Source of the DNA: an uncultured Bacilli bacterium
Lineage (GTDB): Bacteria; Bacillota_I; Bacilli_A; RF39; UBA660
Assembly: GCA_934086815.1 (NCBI GenBank)
Contig: CAKOIM010000004.1
Span: forward strand, 1-59,952
Reading direction: 5' to 3'
DNA: 59,952 bases
Both the position numbers and the translations under genes were made by a program. This document shows positions 49,605-58,538 of the stretch, piece by piece (position 1 is the first letter of the stretch; each line of letters starts with the position of its first letter). The notes beneath the pieces are model-generated. The model saw nothing but the letters and a program-made list of their open reading frames with translations. It did no database searches and was not told the DNA's origin.

Positions 49605-49635
49605 GTCAAAATAAAAGAATGTCTTACCATTCCTT
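49605..49635 (-). terminator. Terminator hairpin after the 464-aa gene
   Basis: Minus strand: AAGGAAUG-GUAAGA-CAUUCUU followed by UUAUUUU. Confidence 0.45.
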
Positions 49636-51029
49636 TATTGCATAAAATTACTTACTAAACTTAAAATTGAGTTATAAAGTTTAAATTTAGATAACTTATT
49701 CATAATCTTAGTTGAATATCCATTTGTATCATTTTCAGTTAATGAATTATAATCTTTGGCATCATTTATCTCTTTTATATTAACTATATTTTCCCCATAT
49801 TCTAAATTACTATCAAGAGTCAAATTCACTTTATATGTATCATAGGTAACATTAATTTTCCCATTAGCATTTACTTTTTTATCCGATGCATTATTATCAA
49901 TATTTAAATTAACATTTAAATTTATTTTATCTGAATTTAATATAACTTCTAATACACTATTATTTTTATTTGTATTTTTTAAGTTCATATTTAACTCTAC
50001 GTCAGAACTTGTTACAATCAATTTAAATTCATCATCATTATTTGTAATTTTTACTGTATTCAATCTCTTATCATTATTATATGTTTCTAACAATACTTCA
50101 TCTTCTTTTATTTCTATTTCATAGTCATTTTCACCATCAGTAAATTTATATTTATCTTTACTTACCAATTTTCCTTCGATAACATAATCATTAGCGTTTA
50201 TATTTAAAACTTTAATCTTATTAGTAAACAATTGTACTTCGACTAAAACTTTAATATTAGAAATATTACTCTTAATATCACTTACTGTATCATCGTTTAT
50301 TTCTAAACTTTTAGATAATTCTTCATCTTCTTTAATTAAATTAATAAACTTATCTACAACTTTATCTTTATTTGTTTCATTAATCTCATAACTATACTCC
50401 GCAGTTAATCCTTTTAATTTAGTAGTCATTTTACTTTCATTTAAAGCTTTTTCTAAATATTTAATTAGTTTATTAATTGTTTTTTTGTTACTTATTTTCA
50501 ATATTTCTTGATATTGAGAAACTAAACTGTTAAAATCAATATTTTCATTTTCAGCATCGCTAAAATATATTGGTTTATCTAATATATCTTTGCTTTCTAA
50601 ATACATTTTATTATCTTTATAAGTTATTTCAGCATTTAAATTAGCATCATCTTGATTTACATTTAAATCAAGATTCAAATAATTATTTTTAACACTCATA
50701 TTTTCATTTAAAATTAATTCTAAATTTTCTGCGCCACTTAAAATATTAGTATCTATTCCTAATTTAACATTTTCTTTTATATCATATTTATCCATATTAT
50801 TGATATAATCTTCATTTAAGTTTATTTTTTCATAAGCATCATCTACAAAAGATGTTAAGTTTTTAGCCGTTTTAGTTAAAAAACTACTTGCAGAATAATA
50901 TAGTTTAATATAAACAAAAATTCCCACTACTAGTAATAATATTACTCCTAAAGTTATTAATATCCTTTTCTTACTTTTGCCATTTTCTACAAAAATCATT
51001 TCATTTTTTTCTTCCATTTCACACCTCAC
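49635..51029 (-). CDS. Hypothetical membrane-anchored protein
   Basis: 464 aa with one N-terminal TM segment (ILITLGVILLLVVGIFVYI). Asn/Lys-rich, with no motif recognised. Confidence 0.45.
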   Translation of the reverse strand: MRCEMEEKNEMIFVENGKSKKRILITLGVILLLVVGIFVYIKLYYSASSFLTKTAKNLTSFVDDAYEKINLNEDYINNMDKYDIKENVKLGIDTNILSGAENLELILNENMSVKNNYLNLDLNVNQDDANLNAEITYKDNKMYLESKDILDKPIYFSDAENENIDFNSLVSQYQEILKISNKKTINKLIKYLEKALNESKMTTKLKGLTAEYSYEINETNKDKVVDKFINLIKEDEELSKSLEINDDTVSDIKSNISNIKVLVEVQLFTNKIKVLNINANDYVIEGKLVSKDKYKFTDGENDYEIEIKEDEVLLETYNNDKRLNTVKITNNDDEFKLIVTSSDVELNMNLKNTNKNNSVLEVILNSDKINLNVNLNIDNNASDKKVNANGKINVTYDTYKVNLTLDSNLEYGENIVNIKEINDAKDYNSLTENDTNGYSTKIMNKLSKFKLYNSILSLVSNFMQ

Positions 51030-51084
51030 ACATATAACTATTAGTTACCTTAAATAAATTATATGACATAATTAAATCTTTTTC

Positions 51085-51113
51085 AACAAAAAAAGAATGG
51101 CTTACCATCCTTT
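51085..51113 (-). terminator. Terminator hairpin overlapping the aminotransferase stop codon
   Basis: Minus strand: AAAGGAUGG-UAAG-CCAUUCUUU (one G-U pair) followed by UUUUGUU. Confidence 0.55.
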
Positions 51114-52433
51114 TGCATATTCAAATACTTCATCCCCAATTTTACCACTTACATAATCAGCAATTGCATTATCTAAAATATTTATTGCTTTATCCATTTG
51201 TTCATAAGTAATAACAAGTGGTGGTTGAATACGTAGAGAATTTTGACCTACAAAAATCATTAATAAACCATTTTCAATAGCGCGATAAGAAATTTTAACC
51301 GCCGCATCATAATTTTTTTCCATAGTTTCTCTATTTTTAACTAAGTCAACACCAATTGATAAACCAAGGCCACGCACTTCCCCAATAATATCGTATTTGT
51401 CCATTAATTCTCTCAATTTTTGGCGTAAATATTCTCCTTTTTCAACTACTTGAGCATTCATATTTTCACGTTCAAATATTTCTATCGATTTTAAAGCAGC
51501 TCGACATACCGCAGAATTTCCTGACATCGTAAATAAATGAGCTGGGGCTTGCAAAGATTCCATTATTTCTTTTCTACCTATTACAACCCCTAAAGGTAAG
51601 CCTCCACCTACTGATTTACCACAAACAATTAAATCAGGTTCTATATCAAAATATTCATAAGAAAACCATTTACCTGTTCTACACATTCCTTGTTGTATTT
51701 CATCAACTACAAATAAAATACCATTTTCTTTACAAATTTTGTACAATTCCTGAACATATTTTTTAGGTGGCACAACAAGCCCCATATCCCCAGCAATAGG
51801 TTCAAAAAATATTGCCGCTACTTCTTCCTTAGGTAAATAATGTTCAAATGCATAACGCAATTCATCTAAATATGCTTCAATAGCTTGATTCTCATCTTTG
51901 CCATATTTACTTCTTAACATATCCGGATAATTAATATGATATACGTCTGGTAATAATGGTCCAATTCCTTTACGCATATTTAAACTAAGCGCAGATATAG
52001 AAATAGATCCATAGGTACTTCCGTGATAAGATTCTGTAAAAGATACAATTTTACTACGTCCTGTATATGCACGAGCAAGTTTAATTGCATTATCAATAGC
52101 CTCACTACCTGTCGTGCTATATGATACTTGCATATTTTCACGCCCAGTAATTTCAGTAAGTTTTTTGGCTAAATCCATAGCTTCCTTCATTTGAAAATAA
52201 GCACAAGTATATTGTGTAATATTACACATTTGCTCATATACTGCATCGGCTACTTCCCTATTACCATGACCTAAATTAGCAGATGATGCACTAGATAAAA
52301 AATCTATATATTCTTTATCATTATAATCATATAATAATGCACCATTTCCACTTTTAAATGCAACCGGATAATATGGTATTCTTTGATACTTAGCAACATA
52401 TCCTAATTCATCATAATTATTTATATTATTCAT
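51102..52433 (-). CDS. Class III pyridoxal-phosphate-dependent aminotransferase
   Basis: DEIQQGMCRTGKWF and the PLP-lysine region CGKSVGGG. I prefer the start at 52433 (MNNINNYD, RBS AAGGGTGA) over the ORF-track start at 52493. Confidence 0.85.
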   Translation of the reverse strand: MNNINNYDELGYVAKYQRIPYYPVAFKSGNGALLYDYNDKEYIDFLSSASSANLGHGNREVADAVYEQMCNITQYTCAYFQMKEAMDLAKKLTEITGRENMQVSYSTTGSEAIDNAIKLARAYTGRSKIVSFTESYHGSTYGSISISALSLNMRKGIGPLLPDVYHINYPDMLRSKYGKDENQAIEAYLDELRYAFEHYLPKEEVAAIFFEPIAGDMGLVVPPKKYVQELYKICKENGILFVVDEIQQGMCRTGKWFSYEYFDIEPDLIVCGKSVGGGLPLGVVIGRKEIMESLQAPAHLFTMSGNSAVCRAALKSIEIFERENMNAQVVEKGEYLRQKLRELMDKYDIIGEVRGLGLSIGVDLVKNRETMEKNYDAAVKISYRAIENGLLMIFVGQNSLRIQPPLVITYEQMDKAINILDNAIADYVSGKIGDEVFEYAKGW

Positions 52434-52517
52434 AAATTCACCCTTTCTTAAAATAATATTTATAATTATAATACAATAATATTGTAAATTCAATTAAAAA
52501 AAGTGAAAATTTTATGT

Positions 52518-53438
52518 TTATTTTTCACGTTTTTTTATATATTCACAGCCTATATCAGATTCCTCAACTAAATTTCTTATTGTTTTTTCTGATTTAAATT
52601 CCATATGCATAAATGATTTTAATAATTCATCTTCAGGTATATTAAAATATGCACCCATTTCTTTTAAATCAAAGACATTTTGTGTCATTTTATAAATTAA
52701 CCACATTAATTGCATTTTTTGTTCTACTTCATTGTGTTTACTAAATTCTTTTTTATATTCTTCTTTTAAACCCTTAATTCTTAAATTATCTAATAACAAC
52801 TTTTTACTAGTATCAGCATATCGATACACTTGTTTATCAACATCTAACAAATTTTCATTACAAATATATTCTAATTGTTTTAACATATTTTCTAATATAA
52901 TATATTTAAAATACATACTACTGTGTTCATCATATAATTTTGTAAGAGTATTAAATATATTTTCTACAAAACTCTTAAATTCAATTATCATTTCAAACTT
53001 TAATTTTAATGGAATTGCATCATATTTAATAATAACATCTAAACAACGCATCACATCTAATTTCTTTTGCATCTCTGGAAGTACTATTTTGTCTATATCA
53101 TCTATAAGATTTAGTAAATATAAACGTTCATGTAAACATTCATTTTCATCCAAAAATGCAAATCTAACCATATTTTTATTTCTATTTAATTCTATTTTAG
53201 ATAAATAATCTGTAAAAATATCTCGGTCATCTGCTTCAATTACAATGGAACAATCATCATTTTGAAATGTTATATCACTTCGATCAATCCCACTTATCTT
53301 TCCCTTATATACTTGACATGATAATTCATCAACTTTAACTATATTTTCCGCATTTGCTTTTTCTTCATATGTTGCATACAACATTTCTAATGATTCTCTT
53401 ACCTTTCTTAATAATTCCAAATTATCTTCCATATACAT
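52518..53438 (-). CDS. Hypothetical protein, tandem paralogue copy 1
   Basis: 306 aa. The N-terminal 21 aa are identical to the upstream paralogue and the C-terminal ~70 aa are highly similar. The C-terminal segment DLKEMGAYFNIPEDELLKSF could be a helix-turn-helix. Confidence 0.55.
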   Translation of the reverse strand: MYMEDNLELLRKVRESLEMLYATYEEKANAENIVKVDELSCQVYKGKISGIDRSDITFQNDDCSIVIEADDRDIFTDYLSKIELNRNKNMVRFAFLDENECLHERLYLLNLIDDIDKIVLPEMQKKLDVMRCLDVIIKYDAIPLKLKFEMIIEFKSFVENIFNTLTKLYDEHSSMYFKYIILENMLKQLEYICNENLLDVDKQVYRYADTSKKLLLDNLRIKGLKEEYKKEFSKHNEVEQKMQLMWLIYKMTQNVFDLKEMGAYFNIPEDELLKSFMHMEFKSEKTIRNLVEESDIGCEYIKKREK

Positions 53439-53540
53439 CTTCTCCTTTATTTAATTTGCACATTTATAGTACATTAATATTTATTTTTAAAATTTTGCTG
53501 CAAAACAACCATATTGAATATTTGATTTAAAAATTTTATA

Positions 53541-54524
53541 CTATTTTTCACGCTTTTTTACATATTCATAATCTATATCTGATACATCTACTAATTTTTT
53601 TATTACTTTTTCAGATTTAAATTCCATATACATAAATGATTTTAATAATTCATCTTCCGCCATATTAAAATATGCACACATTTCTTTTAAATCAAAGTCA
53701 TTTTGTGTCATTTTATAAATTAACCACATTTGCCACATATTTTGTTCTAATTCATTGTATTTACTAAATACCTTTTTATATTTTTCTTTTAAACCATTTA
53801 TTCTAAAATTACCATTTCTTAAATTATCTATTAATAATGTTTTAGTAATATCAGCATATTGTAACGCTTGTTTATCAACATCTAACAAGTTTCCATTACA
53901 AATATATTCTAATTGTTTTAACAGCTTTTCTAAAATAATATATTTAAAATACATACTATTATGTTTATCATATAATTCTGTAATAACGTTAAATATATTT
54001 TCGGTAAAGTTTTTAAATCTAAATATCATTTCATATTTTACTTGTAATGGAATTGCATCATATTTAACAATAACTTCTATACATCTCATTACATCTAATT
54101 TCTTTTTCATCTTAGGAAATATCGCTTTATCAATATTATCTATAAGGTTTAATAAATATAAACGTTCCTCCGAATTTTCATCTAAAAACATAAACTTAAC
54201 TTTATTTTCATTTTTAGCTAATTTTATACTTGATAAATATATAGTCTCAATATTTCCGGGATATCCATTAATTAAAATGAAACACTCATCATTTTGAAAA
54301 GATATATCTCCGCGATCAAACACACTTATCTTCCCCTTATATACTTGACATGATAATTCATCAATTTTAACTATATTTTCCGGCTCTGCTTTTGATTCAT
54401 AATAAGATGTATACAACATTTCTAAATTTTCGTCAATTGCTTCTTCATCATAATAAATTGCATACAACATTTCTAATGATTCTCTCACTTTTCTTAATAA
54501 TTCCAAATTATCTTCCATATACAT
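53541..54524 (-). CDS. Hypothetical protein, tandem paralogue copy 2
   Basis: 327 aa. Same family as 52518..53438, with an extra 17-aa internal duplication near the N-terminus. Confidence 0.55.
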   Translation of the reverse strand: MYMEDNLELLRKVRESLEMLYAIYYDEEAIDENLEMLYTSYYESKAEPENIVKIDELSCQVYKGKISVFDRGDISFQNDECFILINGYPGNIETIYLSSIKLAKNENKVKFMFLDENSEERLYLLNLIDNIDKAIFPKMKKKLDVMRCIEVIVKYDAIPLQVKYEMIFRFKNFTENIFNVITELYDKHNSMYFKYIILEKLLKQLEYICNGNLLDVDKQALQYADITKTLLIDNLRNGNFRINGLKEKYKKVFSKYNELEQNMWQMWLIYKMTQNDFDLKEMCAYFNMAEDELLKSFMYMEFKSEKVIKKLVDVSDIDYEYVKKREK

Positions 54525-54561
54525 CTTCTCCTTTATTTAATTTGCACATTTATAGTACATT

Positions 54562-54587
54562 AAAAAAGACCTTTTGTCAAAGTCTTT
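54562..54587 (-). terminator. Hairpin downstream of tRNA-Arg
   Basis: Minus strand: AAAGAC-UUUGACAAAAG-GUCUUU followed by UUU. Confidence 0.45.
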
Positions 54588-54597
54588 AATATCTATC

Positions 54598-54674
54598 TGG
54601 CGTCCTCGGGGTGACTCGAACACCCAGTCTATTGCTTAGGAGGCAATTGCATTTTCCTGTTATGCTACGAGGAC
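54598..54674 (-). tRNA. tRNA-Arg (anticodon CCU)
   Basis: Hand-folded 77-nt cloverleaf on the minus strand. Acceptor GTCCTCG/CGAGGAC, D arm GCAT-AACAGGAAA-ATGC, anticodon arm ATTGC-CTCCTAA-GCAAT, variable AGACT, T arm GGGTG-TTCGAGT-CACCC, discriminator G, encoded CCA. Confidence 0.9.
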
Positions 54675-54711
54675 ATTAAAATAATTTTAACATATTTTTT
54701 ATCTTTTGTAT

Positions 54712-54752
54712 ACAAATATTTGTTTGACTTTTTTATAAATGTATTATAAAAT
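54712..54752 (+). promoter_or_regulatory. lexA promoter with an adjacent 12-bp perfect palindrome (candidate operator)
   Basis: Palindrome ACAAATATTTGT (54712-54723) abuts TTGACT (54724-54729), then a 17-nt spacer and TAAAAT (54747-54752). Confidence 0.4.
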
Positions 54753-54773
54753 TTATTTAAAGAAGGTGAGATT

Positions 54774-55397
54774 ATGGAGAAAAAGGAATTAACAAAACGC
54801 CAAGAAGATGTTTTACAATTTATTAAAAAGTACATTGCTAGTCATGGATACCCCCCAGCTATAAGAGAAATTTGTGCCGGAGTTGGATTAAATAGCCCTG
54901 CTACTGTATTTGTACATATTAAAAATTTAGAAAAAGAAGGATATGTAAAATCAACTAATAATAAGTTTAGAACTATTGAACTACTCGTAGAAAATGAATA
55001 TTTAGAAAAAAAAGATGATGTTGTAAAGGTACCTTTACTTGGTAAAATTACCGCCGGCAACCCTATTACAGCAATTGAAAAGCCCGATGAATATTTTGAT
55101 TTACCAGCATCTTTAATGCCTCGAAACGGCGAAGTATTTACACTTCACGTAAGTGGTGAATCAATGATTAACAAAGGTATATATGACAATGATTATGTAA
55201 TAGTTAAAAGACAAAACACTGCTAAAAATGGTGATGTTGTCGTAGCTATGACCGAAGAAAATGAAGTAACATTAAAAACATTTTATAAAGAAAGCGATTA
55301 TATAAGATTACAACCAGAAAATGATACAATGGAACCACTCATATTTAATAACATTACAATCCTTGGAATAGCTATTGGTTTATACCGAAAAATATAA
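54774..55397 (+). CDS. lexA: LexA repressor
   Basis: 207 aa with an N-terminal winged HTH (LTKRQEDVLQFIKKYIASHGYPPAIREI), the cleavage/catalytic region SGESM, and a downstream Lys (VTLKTF). Confidence 0.92.
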   Translation: MEKKELTKRQEDVLQFIKKYIASHGYPPAIREICAGVGLNSPATVFVHIKNLEKEGYVKSTNNKFRTIELLVENEYLEKKDDVVKVPLLGKITAGNPITAIEKPDEYFDLPASLMPRNGEVFTLHVSGESMINKGIYDNDYVIVKRQNTAKNGDVVVAMTEENEVTLKTFYKESDYIRLQPENDTMEPLIFNNITILGIAIGLYRKI

Positions 55398-55420
55398 AAA
55401 GATTGCCCAAACAATCTTTT

Positions 55421-56587
55421 TTATTTAACAAAAAATACAATATAACTTAAAAATACTAAGTAAAGAATTAAGACAATTAAACCATTAATTGAATTTCTCT
55501 TAGTGCTTTTATTTTCTACACCTACGACCATAGATGCTAAAAAACCTCCGATTAAACCACCTATGTGAGCCGCATTATCTATACCTGTTGCTAAATAGCC
55601 AATTAATAAATTTAAAAGTATTATAGGTATTATTTGATTTTTAACTACCCCATTTAAATAAAGACGATAGTGATAGCCAAAATAAAGTAAAGCTCCCATT
55701 AAACCAAATATTGCTCCACTAGCCCCCACTGATACAACAAACTCTTCTTGAAATACTAAAGAAAATAAACTAGCAGAAATAATACTTATAATATAAACAA
55801 AAATAAATTTATACTTACCAATAAAATTTTCTACTTGTGATGCTATTAAAAATAATGCATACATATTAAGAATTAAATGAATTATATTTACATGTAAGAA
55901 AGCACAAGTAACTAAACGCCATAATTCACCTTGTTTAACTAAATGTAAATTATTAGCTCCAAATTTTACTAATGTACTCGCATTTATTTCCCATAAATTT
56001 CTACCACCAATTGCTAAAACTAAATACATAACTAAACATGCTAGTATTAAAATATTAGTAATAACAATTTTTTTCGGAGAAAATACTTTAGCAAACATTT
56101 TATTTTCTTTTTCTGTTTTTTCATTTATATCATTTGTTATATTTATAATTAAATCTAGTTCATCACTTGTTTCAATTAATTCTTTATTTATATCTGGAAA
56201 AGTATCTTTTATAGAATTATTTTTTTTAACTTCCTCTAAACTATTTACACTTACTGTATTAATATCATACTTATTATCTAAATTAATTTTATTACTCATT
56301 TCTAAACATATATTTAAAGTATTTACTTTAAAAGACATAGTTTTTTTCTTTATTTGTTTTATTATGTGTTTCATTTTAAATAAATCAAATTTATATTGTT
56401 CATCATTAAGTATAGTATTACAATTTATTCTTATTATTCTATATGGTCCATTTAAATTTTCTAACCATATTTCATCTTTAACTCCTTGGACTTGAATTGG
56501 AGCATAATTTTTCTTTGTAACAAAATAATGAACTAAACTCATCATTATTTTATCATCATTACGGATCATTACTGATGTCATTTTCAC
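55421..56587 (-). CDS. Rhomboid-family intramembrane serine protease
   Basis: 388 aa. The C-terminal polytopic domain has GASGAIFGL (catalytic Ser) and AHIGGLIGG (catalytic His), plus FLHVNIIHLILNM. Confidence 0.85.
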   Translation of the reverse strand: MKMTSVMIRNDDKIMMSLVHYFVTKKNYAPIQVQGVKDEIWLENLNGPYRIIRINCNTILNDEQYKFDLFKMKHIIKQIKKKTMSFKVNTLNICLEMSNKINLDNKYDINTVSVNSLEEVKKNNSIKDTFPDINKELIETSDELDLIINITNDINEKTEKENKMFAKVFSPKKIVITNILILACLVMYLVLAIGGRNLWEINASTLVKFGANNLHLVKQGELWRLVTCAFLHVNIIHLILNMYALFLIASQVENFIGKYKFIFVYIISIISASLFSLVFQEEFVVSVGASGAIFGLMGALLYFGYHYRLYLNGVVKNQIIPIILLNLLIGYLATGIDNAAHIGGLIGGFLASMVVGVENKSTKRNSINGLIVLILYLVFLSYIVFFVK

Positions 56588-56644
56588 TTCTCCTTGTTCT
56601 TTTATTTTACACTAATTCATATATTTAGTAAAGAGGTGGCCTAA

Positions 56645-56965
56645 ATGCTTATGTATCTAACATTTTTAATATCTATATCTTTATTAGTTGTCATAATTTT
56701 AAAACTAAATAACACCCATAAAATTGATAATTCTATACTATTTTTTATTCTTAGCAACTATCTTTTAAACTTCTCTACTTCTTTATTTTTATTTTATTAT
56801 ACTAATTATGAAATTTCTTTAATTAGTTCTATTTTACTAGTCATCTTTAGTTTCTTACTCATCATTGATTTTAAAAGAATATTAAAATATATTCCACTTA
56901 TTTCTCTACCTTATTTATTTTATAATATTTACTTAACCTTTTACATTATTTTCAAGTTCATCTAA
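56645..56965 (+). CDS. Possible small polytopic membrane protein
   Basis: 106-aa hydrophobic ORF preceded by AGAGGTGG. Its 3' end overlaps the convergent rluD by 33 nt. Composition alone could produce it in AT-rich DNA. Confidence 0.35.
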   Translation: MLMYLTFLISISLLVVIILKLNNTHKIDNSILFFILSNYLLNFSTSLFLFYYTNYEISLISSILLVIFSFLLIIDFKRILKYIPLISLPYLFYNIYLTFYIIFKFI

Positions 56966-57826
56966 AAAGTCTTGAAAATATTTTGGTACATTACAAGAAA
57001 ACTCTAATATTTCTTTAGTTATTGGATGCACAAATTTTAAATATGCAGAATGCAAAAATTGCCCAAATTCCGTACTCTTTTTATTACTATATACTGGATC
57101 ATTATGTACTGGATATCCAATATATGATAAATGAACTCTTATTTGGTGTGTTCTTCCAGTTTCTAAAACTAAATTAACTAAAGTATAATCTTTATATCTT
57201 TTAAGTACTTTTAAATGAGTAACAGCCTTTTTTCCATCACTTCGAACACTCATTTTATCAAATATTACTTTATCACGACCTAATGGAGCATCAATTATTG
57301 CTTTTTCTTGGGGAAATACACCATCTAAAAGAGCTATATATTCTCTATGTATTTCTTTATTTTTAAAATTATCGGCAAGTATTTGATGAACTTCATCAGT
57401 TTTTGCCACGATCATAAGGCCACTTGTATCTTTATCTAAACGATGAACTATCCCCGGTCTAAATTCCTCCATATTACTTAATTTTTTTGTATAATATATT
57501 AAACCATTTACTAAAGTATTATTATAATTACCATTTCCCGGATGCACCACTAAACCACTTGGTTTATTTATGACCATTAAATACTCATCTTCATAAACTA
57601 TATCTAAATCCATTTTAGTGGCTTCTAAAACATTTTCTTTTTTTAAAACATCTTTAACACTAATTAAATCATTTTCTTTTACTTTATAGCTAGGTTTTGT
57701 TTTTTTATTATTAACCAAAATTAAATTATCTTTAATCATTTTTATAATAGTTTCTCTACTTAAATTTAAAACATTTACTAAATATTTATCTATTCTTTCA
57801 TTTGATTTTTCTACATTTACTTCCAC
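56933..57826 (-). CDS. rluD: RluA-family 23S rRNA pseudouridine synthase (RluD-like)
   Basis: 297 aa with an N-terminal S4-like domain and the catalytic motif HRLDKDTSG. Confidence 0.9.
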   Translation of the reverse strand: MEVNVEKSNERIDKYLVNVLNLSRETIIKMIKDNLILVNNKKTKPSYKVKENDLISVKDVLKKENVLEATKMDLDIVYEDEYLMVINKPSGLVVHPGNGNYNNTLVNGLIYYTKKLSNMEEFRPGIVHRLDKDTSGLMIVAKTDEVHQILADNFKNKEIHREYIALLDGVFPQEKAIIDAPLGRDKVIFDKMSVRSDGKKAVTHLKVLKRYKDYTLVNLVLETGRTHQIRVHLSYIGYPVHNDPVYSNKKSTEFGQFLHSAYLKFVHPITKEILEFSCNVPKYFQDFLDELENNVKG

Positions 57827-58274
57827 TTAAATCTTCTCCTTTAAATATTGCATATATTAATAAACTAAAGCCAACAACAATAAAAATATCAGCTAAATTA
57901 AAAACAGGAAATTGATACTTAAATATATAAAAGCCTATATAATCTATTGCATAACCAAGTCTTAATCGATCTATTAAATTACCAATTAAACCACCATAAA
58001 TTAATCCAAAAGCTAATATATTTCTTTTGTTAATTTGAATATTTTCTTGATACTTAAAAAGCAATATAAAAGCCATAATTGAAAAAGCAATAAGTAAAAA
58101 CCTTGCTCCACTTAGTGTACTCCATGCAGCCCCAGTATTATAAACTTTTGTTAAATAAAAAAAGTTAGGTACAATAATTTTTTCAAACAATAATTCATAC
58201 TTATCTATTAATAATTTAATTAATTGATCAAAAATAACTAAAAATATAGCAATAATAAAACTTTTCTTTTTCAT
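57798..58274 (-). CDS. lspA: Lipoprotein signal peptidase (signal peptidase II)
   Basis: 158 aa with NTGAAWS and FNLADIFI motifs. lspA-rluD order as in Bacillus. Confidence 0.9.
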   Translation of the reverse strand: MKKKSFIIAIFLVIFDQLIKLLIDKYELLFEKIIVPNFFYLTKVYNTGAAWSTLSGARFLLIAFSIMAFILLFKYQENIQINKRNILAFGLIYGGLIGNLIDRLRLGYAIDYIGFYIFKYQFPVFNLADIFIVVGFSLLIYAIFKGEDLSGSKCRKIK

Positions 58275-58295
58275 AAGAATATATTAACATAAAAT

Positions 58296-58514
58296 TTATT
58301 TATTTACTAGTATACAATCTGTTCCTATTTTTGTAATGTCACTAAAAGAAAAAATTATTTCCCCACTTTTCATTACTTTAAAAATTTTTTTATCTAAAGC
58401 AACAAGATTTATTATCTTACCTTCATTATTTACCTCAGCATCAACAATCCTACCTAAATTAACACCATTTTTAACACTTATAATATCTTTATTTTGTAAA
58501 TCACTTAAAAACAT
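58296..58514 (-). CDS. YlmC/YmxH-family sporulation protein (PRC-barrel)
   Basis: 72 aa: LSDLQNKDIISVKNGVNLGRIVDAEVNNEGKI matches the family pattern. Confidence 0.75.
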   Translation of the reverse strand: MFLSDLQNKDIISVKNGVNLGRIVDAEVNNEGKIINLVALDKKIFKVMKSGEIIFSFSDITKIGTDCILVNK

Positions 58515-58538
58515 ATAATCACCAATTAATTATATGCT

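Larger units (their letters stand above)
52518..54563. repeat. Tandem duplication, ~1086-bp period, covering gene plus 39-bp leader
   Basis: The leader CTTCTCCTTTATTTAATTTGCACATTTATAGTACATTAA occurs identically at 53439-53477 and 54525-54563. The first ~60 coding bp are nearly identical in both copies. Confidence 0.85.

Noticed and set aside
52732-54297. Longer antisense ORFs 52732..53208 (158 aa) and 53755..54297 (180 aa), opposite the duplicated paralogues.
   Set aside because: They are duplicated only because the sense genes are duplicated. Their translations are hydrophobic low-complexity strings with no start-site signals. They are probably shadow ORFs, although ribosome profiling would be needed to exclude them completely.
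54680-54773. A canonical Firmicutes LexA (Cheo) box GAAC-N4-GTTC upstream of lexA.
   Set aside because: It is not present. Only the ACAAATATTTGT palindrome was found. GTTCGAAC at about 27974-27981 is inside a coding region and has inverted half-site order.
546-58518. Numerous 60-100-aa ORFs in the track that lie antisense inside longer genes. Examples are 546..806, 12053..12238, 12774..13076, 13164..13406, 15449..15748, 20113..20349, 22137..22385, 23577..23774, 26413..26727, 28102..28320, 35376..35636, 41182..41482, 46379..46658, 47786..48107, 48475..49056, 54842..55060 and 58336..58518.
   Set aside because: Each is fully embedded opposite a longer ORF with clear family motifs. They have Leu/Phe/Ile/Ser-rich low-complexity translations typical of shadow frames in AT-rich DNA, and I could see no RBS.
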